Source: a bacterium (GTDB lineage Bacteria; UBA8248). From it: a DNA stretch of 64,000 nt. Below, piece by piece: positions 29,897 through 38,876 of the stretch. A model generated the notes under the pieces. That model was not told where the DNA came from and did no database searches. It saw only the letters and a program-made list of their open reading frames with translations. The stretch lies in the NCBI GenBank assembly GCA_965202625.1, contig CBDBBI010000010.1, forward strand, positions 1,019,050 through 1,083,049, given 5' to 3'. Position 1 is the first letter of the stretch; each line of letters begins with the position of its first letter. The translations under genes were made by a program, and so were the position numbers.

Positions 29897-31318
29897 GTGC
29901 GGAATGCGCATACGCCTCATCACCATGGAGTGAACCCCCTCGTGGAAGTGCGCGTGCTCTCTCCTTGCGGCGTCATCGGCTCCGGCTTTCCGGAGAGCTC
30001 CTTCGAGCGCGGACTGTCCATGAAGCCCCACGTCATCGCCTGCGACGGGGGCTCGACGGACAACGGGCCCGCGTCTCTCGGCTCGGGTAAGCCAAACTTC
30101 TCCCGCTCGGCCACCAAGCGGGATTTGCGGCTCATGCTCAAGGGGCGTGAAAGTCTGGGCGTTCCCCTGATAGTGGGTTCGTGCGGCACGGCGGGCGGTG
30201 ACGCGGGGCTTGCGTGGATGCGCGGGATTTGTCTGGAAATCGCCCGGGAGGAAGGCGCGCGTTTCAGGCTCGCTCTGATTCGGGCGGAGCAGGAGAAGGC
30301 GTATCTCCAGAAAAAATACAAAGAAGGCCGCATTCAGGGGCTCGATCCGGCACCTCCGCTCAACGAGGAGGTGATAGAGCACAGCGCGCACATCGTGGGC
30401 ATGATGGGCGATGCGCCCATCGCCGAGGCACTCGAGGGGGGAGCGGACGTCGTGTTGGCGGGCAGGGCATCGGACACCTCTATTTTCGCCTGCCATCCCG
30501 TCCGGATGGGGGCGGACCGAGGGCTCTCCTGGCACGCGGCCAAGATACTGGAATGCGGGGCGGCCTGTGCCGTGCATCGCGCGCGGCCAGACGGCTGCTT
30601 CGCCTGGATTCGGGACGATCACTTCGTGGTCGAACCCCTGAACCCCCAGATGTATTGCACCCCGCAGAGCGTGGCCTCGCACACCCTGTATGAGAACATA
30701 GACCCTTTCCGCATCACCGAACCCTCGGGCGTCCTGGATACCAGCCGCTCCGTCTATGTGCCCGAAAGCGCGCGTGCCGTGCGCGTTGCGGGCTCCGCCT
30801 TTCATCCGGCAAAGCGATACTCGATCAAGCTCGAGGGGGCGGAGCTCGTAGGCTACCAGTCCGTCATCATCGGCGGAGTGCGCGACCCCATGATCCTGAA
30901 GCAGCTGGACTCCTGGCTCGACGGCGTCCGGATGGGCTTTGAGAAGCGCGCGCGAGAAATTTTCCCCGACCGGAAAACCCCGCCCGCACATCAACTCCAC
31001 GTCCGCGTGTTCGGGCGGGACGCCGTGATGGGAGCACTCGAGCCGGAGAGGAGCCGCGTCCCGCACGAGGTGGGCGTTCTCTTCGAGGTGACGGCGGAAG
31101 ATCAGGCGTCCGCCAACACGATGGCGGCCACCCTCGCCCACTTCGCGCTTCACTACCCCATTCCGGAGTGGAGCGGCCTCATATCGACTCTCGCGTTTCC
31201 CTTCGCGCCGGCGGAACTTGAAAAAGGCCCCGTCTATCGCTTCAACCTGCACCACGTCGTCTATCCAGATACTCCCTGCGAGATGTTCCCGACCGAGATC
31301 ATGGAGGTGGAGAACTGA
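29897..31318 (+). CDS. AtuA-like (DUF1446) family protein
   Basis: The ORF has a GTG start; the true start may be 30-45 nt downstream. The protein is DUF1446-like throughout and the gene is followed by its usual partner, DUF4387. Confidence 0.7.
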   Translation: MRNAHTPHHHGVNPLVEVRVLSPCGVIGSGFPESSFERGLSMKPHVIACDGGSTDNGPASLGSGKPNFSRSATKRDLRLMLKGRESLGVPLIVGSCGTAGGDAGLAWMRGICLEIAREEGARFRLALIRAEQEKAYLQKKYKEGRIQGLDPAPPLNEEVIEHSAHIVGMMGDAPIAEALEGGADVVLAGRASDTSIFACHPVRMGADRGLSWHAAKILECGAACAVHRARPDGCFAWIRDDHFVVEPLNPQMYCTPQSVASHTLYENIDPFRITEPSGVLDTSRSVYVPESARAVRVAGSAFHPAKRYSIKLEGAELVGYQSVIIGGVRDPMILKQLDSWLDGVRMGFEKRAREIFPDRKTPPAHQLHVRVFGRDAVMGALEPERSRVPHEVGVLFEVTAEDQASANTMAATLAHFALHYPIPEWSGLISTLAFPFAPAELEKGPVYRFNLHHVVYPDTPCEMFPTEIMEVEN

Positions 31319-31635
31319 TGGCCACGCTCGGCGAACTCGCCAAACTCATTCGCTCGAAAAACGCCGGACCTTTCCACCTCACGTTCGACGTCATGTTCGA
31401 CGAGGAGGCCGTCTATCGGCGCGTGGTGGACGCAAACGTCCTCACCAAAGAGGCGTTTTGCCGCATCTACAATCTGGAAGAGGAGAAGGTGCTGCTCGTG
31501 TGCCACGACGCCGCGCGGGCGATTAAAATATCCATTCCGCGCCCCGTGTCCTCCTGCGACCTGGAGGATGGCGACTGCTACGGTGGGCAGCAGTTCGGCC
31601 CCCTCGTCAACCTGGAGATTCCGGAGATTTCATAA
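31318..31635 (+). CDS. DUF4387-family protein (partner of AtuA/DUF1446)
   Basis: The 105-aa ORF is coupled to the upstream gene by a TGATG overlap. The sequence MATLGELAKLIRSKNAGPFHLTFDVMFD is typical of DUF4387. Confidence 0.65.
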   Translation: MATLGELAKLIRSKNAGPFHLTFDVMFDEEAVYRRVVDANVLTKEAFCRIYNLEEEKVLLVCHDAARAIKISIPRPVSSCDLEDGDCYGGQQFGPLVNLEIPEIS

Positions 31636-31743
31636 AACGCAAGGCGCGACCCGGCGAGCGGTACTTGGGCGCGCACCCGGATGACCAGCCTTTCGGTTTC
31701 AGGCGCATCAGCCCGCGCGCCCAAGCCATGAGGGAGAAGGAAA

Positions 31744-32352
31744 ATGGCGATTCAGACGAACGCAGATGAGATTCGCGCACTTTTCCCTGAAGTGTGCCAA
31801 ATTGAAGACGCGGAGTTGCGCGAAGGGGTGATACGCATCTGGCTTGAGGTGGCCGAGGAAACCGCCTGGGAGCGTTTTGAGGACGTCCCCAAAAACCTGA
31901 AGGAAGAGAAGCACATGACGCTCATCGGCCACGTCCAGGGCGTCACGCGCATGGCTCTCGCCATGGCCGACGTCGCCCAGAAACTTCACGGCGTCGCCAT
32001 CGACCGCGACCTGCTGATCGCCTCCTGCCTTCTGCACGACGTCTCCAAACCCCTGGAGTCCGCCCCTCATTCCGGCGGCTCCCCCACAGGCGGGCGCGTG
32101 CCGCCGGCCAGAATCACCGAATTTGGCGAGAAAATCCAGCACGGCGTTTACGGAGCGCACAAAATATGGAAACGAAGCCTCCCCAAAACCCTGGAGCTGG
32201 CCCACCTCGTCATCACCCACGCGCGCGCGAGCAACACGCGCGCAAAAAGCTATGAGGCCGCCCTGCTCTTCTACGCCGACTGGGCAGATTCGGACGCCGG
32301 CATCGTCTCAGGCGGCGGGACGCCCTTCTCCGCCAGATGGGTGGAGGGGTAG
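31744..32352 (+). CDS. HD-domain phosphohydrolase
   Basis: H...HD motifs are present (LIGHVQG...SCLLHDVSKP). Length is 202 aa. Confidence 0.7.
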   Translation: MAIQTNADEIRALFPEVCQIEDAELREGVIRIWLEVAEETAWERFEDVPKNLKEEKHMTLIGHVQGVTRMALAMADVAQKLHGVAIDRDLLIASCLLHDVSKPLESAPHSGGSPTGGRVPPARITEFGEKIQHGVYGAHKIWKRSLPKTLELAHLVITHARASNTRAKSYEAALLFYADWADSDAGIVSGGGTPFSARWVEG

Positions 32353-32505
32353 GGGGAGGCACCCCCGGCCTTCGCATTCAGAAAACACTCCCATGTTCCC
32401 GAAATAGATTGACGTCCGGATAACTTTGTCCTATAGCATTACGTTTTAGAAAGACCACATAAAAAATATCAAGACATCCTTGGCACATTCTGGGAGCTTT
32501 TCCGT

Positions 32506-33519
32506 ATGAAGTGGCGCAAAATAGAAGGAAAAATAGCGCATACAGTTATGAGAGCGGGATTTTTCCTCAAGAGATTTCCGTTTATTATTCTCCTCTTTAC
32601 GACTGGCTGCGCCACGGTTGCTCCTTCCACCACTCCGGTGGAAGCTCCCGTATCTAGGGCCGCCCAGAAAAAAGCGCAACAAAAGGCTCTCACTCCCCAG
32701 AGAAAGATACTCAAGCGCAAAATCGCGATTGGCCGCTTCACCAACGAGACGCGTTACGGCAAGACTTTCTTGCGAGACGGGGACACCGACCCTTTAGGAA
32801 AGCAAGCTTCCGACATGCTCGCCAATCGCCTCGTAAGTTCCGGGAAATTTCTGGTTTTTGAGCGTCCGGACCTTGTGAAAATCAAGCGCGAACAAAGCGT
32901 CCTAAAAAAATCCAACCTGATCGGCGTGGACGTCCTTATCTTGGGGTCGGTGACGGAGTTCGGTCGCTCCACCACGGGCCAGTCCGGCTTCTTGAGTGCG
33001 ACGAAAAAGCAGACTGCGCAGGCGAAGGTCGAAATACGTATGGTGGACGTACGGACGGGGCACGTGTTTTTCTCCGCCTCCGGCTCAGGAGAGGCAAGTA
33101 CCGAATCGGGGGAAGTCGCCGGCTTCGGCAGTCGGGCGGGCTACGACGCCACGCTGAATGACAAGGCGATTGGCGCCGCCATATCCGACTTCCTGAATTC
33201 CCTTATCTCGAAAATCGATGAGAGAATTTGGAGAACGGACATCCTGCGAATCAAGGGAAGCGAGATCATCATCACTGGCGGCAGACGGCAGGGGATTCAG
33301 ATCGGTGACGTATTAAACGTGATGAGAGAAGGAGAACGGGTGAAGAGCAGGCAAACTGGCTTTGAAATTTCGCTTCCCCCTTCAAAGGTCGGCGAAATAC
33401 GGATTGTCAGCCTTTTTGGAGATACCGAAACCAATGAAGGGTCAGTGGGCACAATCTTGTCGGGAACGTTTCCTGGAAGTCGGACGGATGGACTCTTCGT
33501 TTCAGAGATAAGGAAATAA
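32506..33519 (+). CDS. CsgG-family (curli-type assembly/transport) lipoprotein
   Basis: A lipobox LFTTGC is followed by the CsgG core (KIAIGRFTNETRYG...DMLANRLVSSGKFLVFER). Confidence 0.7.
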   Translation: MKWRKIEGKIAHTVMRAGFFLKRFPFIILLFTTGCATVAPSTTPVEAPVSRAAQKKAQQKALTPQRKILKRKIAIGRFTNETRYGKTFLRDGDTDPLGKQASDMLANRLVSSGKFLVFERPDLVKIKREQSVLKKSNLIGVDVLILGSVTEFGRSTTGQSGFLSATKKQTAQAKVEIRMVDVRTGHVFFSASGSGEASTESGEVAGFGSRAGYDATLNDKAIGAAISDFLNSLISKIDERIWRTDILRIKGSEIIITGGRRQGIQIGDVLNVMREGERVKSRQTGFEISLPPSKVGEIRIVSLFGDTETNEGSVGTILSGTFPGSRTDGLFVSEIRK

Positions 33520-33524
33520 TTTCG

Positions 33525-33854
33525 ATGAAATTATTTGTTGCGGGCTTTCTGCTCATGCTCCTCACCGTTGGTTGCTATCCATCAAGCGAGGTTCGGGTGA
33601 CGGACAGTAGACCGAGGCTAGCCATCAAGAACGCCCCAAAGAACGCCATCATCTATGTCGATGGGCTGAATTTGGGATTCGCGAACCAATATAGCGGAGA
33701 CCAGTCGAGTGACGAGAGTGGAGAGGTGCGCGTCCTTTTGTTAGAGCCGGGAAGGCACCTGATTGAGGTGAAGAGCGACGGCGAAACATTGCTTTCCGAG
33801 GATGTTTTCCTTGGAGAAGGCACACTGAAAACGCTGACAGTGAAACAGGAGTGA
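33525..33854 (+). CDS. small lipoprotein with PEGA-like beta-sandwich
   Basis: A lipobox LTVGC is followed by IIYVDGLNLG...GRHLIEVKSDG. Confidence 0.5.
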   Translation: MKLFVAGFLLMLLTVGCYPSSEVRVTDSRPRLAIKNAPKNAIIYVDGLNLGFANQYSGDQSSDESGEVRVLLLEPGRHLIEVKSDGETLLSEDVFLGEGTLKTLTVKQE

Positions 33855-33864
33855 GTAAAACGAA

Positions 33865-34239
33865 ATGATCACCAAAAGATTGTCCGTCCTGCTCGTCTCC
33901 ATCCTGATTTCAGCTTGCGCGCAGACAAAATACCATTGGGGCGGGTACGAAAACGCTTTATATCAATACTATAAAAGTCCAGCGGAGCTTGGGAGTCTCG
34001 CGAAAGAGTTAAGAGGTGCAATCACCCAGGGGGAACAGGATGAGAAAGTTCCGCCCGGCCTTTATGCCGAGCTCGGTTATGTGCTCCTCGTCCAAGGAAA
34101 GAAGCAGGAAGCCGTCACTTACTTTCAAAAAGAAAAGAAATTATGGCCTGAATCAGCCAAATTGATGGATACGATGGTTAAAATGGCGAAAACCTCCGGA
34201 GGCGTGAAATCTGCTGGCTCCAAGGGAGAAAATCGATAA
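33865..34239 (+). CDS. DUF4810-family lipoprotein
   Basis: A lipobox ISAC is followed by YHWGGYENALYQYY...VPPGLYAELGYVLL. Confidence 0.55.
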   Translation: MITKRLSVLLVSILISACAQTKYHWGGYENALYQYYKSPAELGSLAKELRGAITQGEQDEKVPPGLYAELGYVLLVQGKKQEAVTYFQKEKKLWPESAKLMDTMVKMAKTSGGVKSAGSKGENR

Positions 34240-34908
34240 ATGCTATCAAAAACATTCGCATCAGGAGTTCTTGTTACGATATTGCTCGTCTCAGGTTGCG
34301 CTGCTCGCCCAAAACCATCGGATTTCACCAAATTCCGCAACGAAAATCCCAGATCGATTCTGGTCGTGCCTGCCATCAACAAGGCCGTTGAAGTCAACGC
34401 TCCAGATTATTTTCTTTCAACTATCTCGAAGCCTGTCGCTGAAAGAGGATTTTACGTATTTCCCGTGAACGTAGTGAAACGTGTAATGGAAGACGATGGT
34501 CTCGCTGATGCGAATTTGGTTCACAATGCCGACCCGAAACGCTTGGGAGAGATATTTGACGCCGATGCCATTCTTTACGTCTCGATAGATAGATGGGACG
34601 CGCAATATATTGTGTTCTCCACCCAGGTGACGGTGGAATTCACTTATGTTCTCAAGAGCGGTCGCACCGGCGAAGAGCTGTGGCGACGAACGGCAAAAAT
34701 GGTGTATTCGCCTCAAAGCAGCACGAATACGGGCAACCCTCTTGCCACTCTCATCATAATGGCGGCCCAGGCAGCTATTACGAAAGCGGCGCCGAACTAT
34801 ATCCCCTTGACCCAACAAGCCAACTTTTTAGCAGTCATTGAACCCGGACAAGGATTGCCCGCAGGCCCTTATCGAAAAGATTATCTGAAAGATCAGGACA
34901 AATTCTGA
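34240..34908 (+). CDS. DUF799-family lipoprotein (GNA1162-like)
   Basis: The start is adjacent to the previous stop (TAAATG). A lipobox LVSGC is followed by ILVVPAINKAVEVNAPDYF, which is typical of DUF799. Confidence 0.6.
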   Translation: MLSKTFASGVLVTILLVSGCAARPKPSDFTKFRNENPRSILVVPAINKAVEVNAPDYFLSTISKPVAERGFYVFPVNVVKRVMEDDGLADANLVHNADPKRLGEIFDADAILYVSIDRWDAQYIVFSTQVTVEFTYVLKSGRTGEELWRRTAKMVYSPQSSTNTGNPLATLIIMAAQAAITKAAPNYIPLTQQANFLAVIEPGQGLPAGPYRKDYLKDQDKF

Positions 34909-34914
34909 AGAACC

Positions 34915-35050
34915 ATAGTCGAAGTCGCTCTCTACTGAGCCGGATAGCCCGGCCCGGAGAGCGTCTCAGCGATCCTCCCCGTCGGCGATGCACGACGTCG
35001 TTCCCCGCAAAATTTTGACCGAGTGCGTCTGAACGGATGGGCGGCGAACA
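34915..35050. repeat. degenerate direct-repeat copy of the 3' end of the prpE-like acyl-CoA synthetase gene (left boundary of the inserted element)
   Basis: It aligns base by base with 42285-42470, beginning atagtcgaagtc... and including ccggatagccc, cgtcggcgatgc and ttccccg.aaaattttg.ccgag. The alignment contains an internal ~50-bp deletion and scattered mismatches. Confidence 0.7.
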
Positions 35051-35306
35051 ACAAGCTGAGGGCGGGACGTGCGCGAACCGGTAATAGGTTTTAGGTTTGT
35101 CCGAAGCCGCAACGCGCGGGCGATGAACACCCTCCGCCAGATGCAGTCTCTTGCTCGTGGATTTCAAGGCAAACGACTGACCTGGCAAGACCTCACGAAG
35201 TGAATCATCCCCATATCTGGGACGCTTGACTCCAAAAATCTACCTCATATCGAGTGAAAAAAGTCGAGAGTTCCGCTGGAGGACCGGAGCTATCGTTGGA
35301 AAGGGC

Positions 35307-36056
35307 TCATGCAGACCGCCTCGTCTGCTCTGCTGAAATATCCATAATACCCTGAGATTTCAATACCTCATCTCTGAGGACTACGCCTACAACGTCCAAG
35401 ACCTGCTTTAACGCAATGCCATTATTATAGGCGGACATTTGCATTGCTTCCCGTGGTATTTTTTCCGTTAAATCATCAAGGAGATTTTCTTGGGCATACG
35501 CAAAGCACATCTCCTGTATTTCGTAGGCATTCTTGTCTTTACCGCTTATTTGTTCCTTTAATGCTTCTGCATATCCCGAAATCCATTCGTTGATTTGTAT
35601 TTCTTCAGCAACCCTTTCCCCCAGTTCGCTGAGCCTGCGCGGGCTATCGGATTCCGTTGTTTCGGGAGGGGGCAATCGCGAAAAAATAGATTTTATGTCT
35701 GCTCGTATTTCCTTTACCTCATTTTTGATTTCGCTTCGTATTGCATTTGTTTCATTTTTGATTTCCGCTCGTATTGCATTTGTTTCATTTCTGATTTCGC
35801 TTCGTATTGCATTTGTTTCATTTCTGATTTCATCTCGTATTTCTTTTGTTTCATTGCTGATTTCATCTCGTATTTCTTTTATCTGATCTCGAATTTCTCC
35901 CATAAATGTCGATATGCTCTCTCCCTTTTCGTTTACTTTTGCAATCCATGTTGCAGCGCGTATTGCAGCCCATATTGCAAGAGCAAAGAGGACGACAATA
36001 ATGAGTAATATATTTCCTTTGAAGGCTTCAAGGAGAAATACGTTGATGGAGCTCAT
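35307..36056 (-). CDS. membrane-anchored protein containing about six tandem 11-aa repeats (NETNAIRSEIR-type coiled-coil)
   Basis: The 249-aa protein has an N-terminal TM helix, then the repeat block EIRDEIRNETNAIRSEIRNETNAIRAEIKNETNAIRSEIKNEVKEIRADIK. The gene's GC content is about 45%, against about 62% for the genome. Confidence 0.6.
   Translation of the reverse strand: MSSINVFLLEAFKGNILLIIVVLFALAIWAAIRAATWIAKVNEKGESISTFMGEIRDQIKEIRDEISNETKEIRDEIRNETNAIRSEIRNETNAIRAEIKNETNAIRSEIKNEVKEIRADIKSIFSRLPPPETTESDSPRRLSELGERVAEEIQINEWISGYAEALKEQISGKDKNAYEIQEMCFAYAQENLLDDLTEKIPREAMQMSAYNNGIALKQVLDVVGVVLRDEVLKSQGIMDISAEQTRRSA
35694..35895. repeat. 33-bp tandem repeat (about 5.5 copies) inside the gene above
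   Basis: Successive copies read gatttcgcttcgtattgcatttgtttcattttt, gatttccgctcgtattgcatttgtttcatttct, gatttcgcttcgtattgcatttgtttcatttct, gatttcatctcgtatttcttttgtttcattgct and further degenerating units. Confidence 0.75.
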
Positions 36057-36529
36057 AGCAAGACCTCACAAAATGAAAGGCATCCTTTGCTATTTGCTAA
36101 CCTGTTGTTTTGGATTTCTTGTCCGCCGCCCGTAAAAATGGATTTAGCGATTTCCTGCGCGGTTGCGGGCAGGGGTTTGATGACGTTCTTCAAAGTCCGG
36201 CCCGGCGACTTTGAAGTGTTCATAGGCGCCCCCCTATGGCGACATATCATGTTCAGGTGAAAAATCCACCTGAGCAAATTTACCATATCACACCTTAAAA
36301 GAAACCTAATTTCATTATCCTTGACAAGTCAAAAACCGTTCTACTATACTCTCGCCTATCGTCAAGCAACTTGCAGAGCGGCCTTGGCTACCGTGTCGCC
36401 TGCCAAACGCAAAACCGCTCCGCGTGGGCGGAAACAGGCAGGAACCCACCACTGGGCTGTGCGTTGTTTGGCGACGGACCCGGCTTTGTCATTAGGCATG
36501 TTTCTTTTTTTCAGGGAGGAGGTCTCAAC

Positions 36530-37195
36530 ATGAAGAGATGGGGATTTCTGTGCGCAGCGGCTGCTCTCATTTTGGTCTTGTCGGCTCCCCTCATGGCAAG
36601 AGCACAAGAGGGGGGAAGTCAACAAGAGGGGGCGGGGAAATGGTATTGGAAATTCAACGTGGGGATATTGTCGCCAAGAGATTTGGAGAGCACCGCACCA
36701 CCCTCACCTACCCTCAACGCGGACATTGATACCGGGGTTTTCGTGAGCACCTCCGTTGGCCGTTCTTTCGGTCGCCTGAGGGGAGAGGTGGAGGTTTTGT
36801 ATGGAGAAGTCGATTACACACTGGACGCAACTACAAGAGGCGTGAACGGAGACGTCGTCGACATCACTCGCATCGGGGGGGAGTTCGCGGAGTTCGAAGC
36901 CAAAATTACGGGGCTGATGTTCAACGCATGGTTTGACCTGGGCGCGAGCGACTGGGCACTCAACCCCTACGTAGGGGGAGGGGTTGGAGTGATGCATCTC
37001 GACGTGCCACGTGGTACCGACAGCGGCTTCTCCTGGCAACTCGGTGCGGGCGCAATTTTTCCCATAGGCAATAATCTGGCACTTGACGCCAGCTACCGGT
37101 TTCTGAACACCGCCTACGAACCTGAAATTTTCTCTATTGTGTATGAGGATATCGAGGCACACGCATTCTTGCTGGGCATCAAGCTCACGTTCTAG
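36530..37195 (+). CDS. outer-membrane beta-barrel protein (OmpW/opacity-porin-like)
   Basis: An RBS GGGAGGAGG precedes the start. The signal peptide is MKRWGFLCAAAALILVLSAPLMA. Alternating-hydrophobic beta strands are present and the C-terminus ends in aromatic LTF. Confidence 0.7.
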   Translation: MKRWGFLCAAAALILVLSAPLMARAQEGGSQQEGAGKWYWKFNVGILSPRDLESTAPPSPTLNADIDTGVFVSTSVGRSFGRLRGEVEVLYGEVDYTLDATTRGVNGDVVDITRIGGEFAEFEAKITGLMFNAWFDLGASDWALNPYVGGGVGVMHLDVPRGTDSGFSWQLGAGAIFPIGNNLALDASYRFLNTAYEPEIFSIVYEDIEAHAFLLGIKLTF

Positions 37196-37210
37196 TCCGA
37201 TTCGCACAAG

Positions 37211-37250
37211 GCCGGCCCCTGCTGATGCGGGGCCGGCTTTTGTTTTTGTG
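37211..37250 (+). terminator. rho-independent terminator after the OMP gene
   Basis: A GC hairpin ggccggcccc-tgctgatg-cggggccggc is followed by ttttgtttttgtg. Confidence 0.6.
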
Positions 37251-37341
37251 CTCGTTGCCCAAGGGAGTCGCCAACCCCAAAAACACCCAGCGGGCACAGG
37301 AATTGCTCGGCAGCGGGGGCCGGGGAGGCAGCTGGCTTTGC

Positions 37342-38103
37342 TTAAGAGGTGAGGAGAGATTTCTCCTGAATGGTTCTTGATGGGTTGATTCCAAACGCTT
37401 GAGGCATTTCAGTCCACGTTCTGCCATCCAGCGTTCGACCCGTCTTTTTCTTGAATACGCCGCCCCATTGCTTGAAGAAAAAAGGCGTGCCGCTGCCCAC
37501 GCAATTATCCCGAATCTCTCGCGCCCAGTCCGGCTCCATGGGCCTTGCGCCCGGACCGCTTTCGCCGCCGACGATGACCCAGTCAATGCCGTCCAGATCC
37601 AGACTCGGCAAGGGTTCAAGCAGCGGCTCAAGAGAGAGAAACTTCGTTCGGGCACCCGTTTGCCGGAGCAGGCGCGCCCGGTTCAGAAAATCCGCAGACT
37701 CAATGCTCGTCCCCAGCCAGATGTTCGGCGTCCAGCGAAGCCGCCGGCTCCACCGGACAGCGCGTCCCGGCCGCTTCGTGAGCACCTGAAACGTGTGCTG
37801 GGTCGCGCGGTTCATCACCCCGAACACGGCCTCAAGGAAGTCCAGCGGCACCGCTCGGTGAAACAGATCGCTCATAGAGTTCACGAAAACAAGGCGCGGC
37901 TTGCGCCACTTCAGAGGCTCTTCCAGAATGGATGGGTGGGTTCTGAGCGAAAAGCCGTCCGCGTACTTGCGGGTCCCCATCCCCTGGAGCCGCCTCGACA
38001 TCCGCGCAGCGTAACAATGCTTGCACCCGGGGCTGATCTTCGTGCAACCGGTAGTCGGGTTCCAGGTGATTTCCGTCCACTCTATGCCGGAAACTTTAGG
38101 CAT
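37342..38103 (-). CDS. phage Gp37/Gp68-family protein (DUF5131)
   Basis: Trimmed to MPKVSGIEWTEITWNPTTGCTKISPGCKHCYAARM, the family's three-Cys N-terminus. The upstream gene's stop lies 2 nt before this ATG. Confidence 0.8.
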   Translation of the reverse strand: MPKVSGIEWTEITWNPTTGCTKISPGCKHCYAARMSRRLQGMGTRKYADGFSLRTHPSILEEPLKWRKPRLVFVNSMSDLFHRAVPLDFLEAVFGVMNRATQHTFQVLTKRPGRAVRWSRRLRWTPNIWLGTSIESADFLNRARLLRQTGARTKFLSLEPLLEPLPSLDLDGIDWVIVGGESGPGARPMEPDWAREIRDNCVGSGTPFFFKQWGGVFKKKTGRTLDGRTWTEMPQAFGINPSRTIQEKSLLTS

Positions 38104-38105
38104 GG

Positions 38106-38846
38106 CTAAATGTGACCCAGAATGTGGCCTGCAATCCGAGTAGCTGGAGCAATTCCCCTGGGGTGGCCTACGCAAAACATAAATTCAAATAGCGCCGAAT
38201 TCTTGGAGTTTTTAAGAGTTCGGGATTTTTCGAGAAACCTGTCTCTAAATAAGCACTTAAGATTTCTTTTGTATATGGAGGTCAGGCCCCCGACGCCAGA
38301 GTCTCTCTCATAATGAAGACCTCCAAATAGATCAGTGTTTTCCTGATACAGGCCTCTCCATCTCTCATCACCGAATACTTTTGTGAGTCGCTCAGCCCAC
38401 TTTGGCTCAACTTCCTCGGGCATTCTTGATTTCGGCAACATCCTAGCAACAGCGGACGTAGGGAAGAGAATCCAGGTATCGAGCACCTTAAGGTTGGCTA
38501 TCTTTTCAATAGTCGCCCATGCAACTTCCGTGGCGAAGCGCCGCTTCGCCGCCGCGTCCGCCGCGCAAAACCCGCTGTCGTGGGCCTCCGAGGTTGCCAC
38601 AATGTGTTCAATGTCCGTCTGGTGCCTGCTGGAAAACGTCCGCCCGGTGTATGGCCCATACGTCCGGCCCCCAAGACCGGCAACGATGCGGGCCTCAAGA
38701 GATTGCGAATACGGATAGTCGCGCCGCTTGTCGTAGGGTGCGCACCGGTGCTCGGGTGCGACCACGAGGCCGCGCCAGGTGTCAGCGGCCCACATGGTTG
38801 CGGGAGTGAGCGCAACGAGAGCGAAAACGAATATACACAAAATCAC
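38106..38846 (-). CDS. secreted DUF1524/HNH-like nuclease-family protein with an uncharacterised C-terminal half
   Basis: The ORF has a GTG start and a signal peptide. The N-terminal half (...HRCAPYDKRRDYPYS...GPYTGRTFSSRHQTDIEHIVATSEAHDSGF) matches the C..PYD / PYTG / DI(D/E)H(V/I)V pattern of DUF1524. It is translationally coupled to the Gp37/Gp68 gene. Confidence 0.45.
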   Translation of the reverse strand: MILCIFVFALVALTPATMWAADTWRGLVVAPEHRCAPYDKRRDYPYSQSLEARIVAGLGGRTYGPYTGRTFSSRHQTDIEHIVATSEAHDSGFCAADAAAKRRFATEVAWATIEKIANLKVLDTWILFPTSAVARMLPKSRMPEEVEPKWAERLTKVFGDERWRGLYQENTDLFGGLHYERDSGVGGLTSIYKRNLKCLFRDRFLEKSRTLKNSKNSALFEFMFCVGHPRGIAPATRIAGHILGHI

Positions 38847-38876
38847 CCTTCATCCACCCCCTTGGTGCCGACCGCC

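Noticed and set aside
29114-31255. 713-aa minus-strand ORF spanning the racemase-like and AtuA genes
   Set aside because: It is entirely antisense to two plus-strand genes that have clear family signatures. The translation is Arg/Gly/His-rich, the usual artefact of a high-GC reverse frame.
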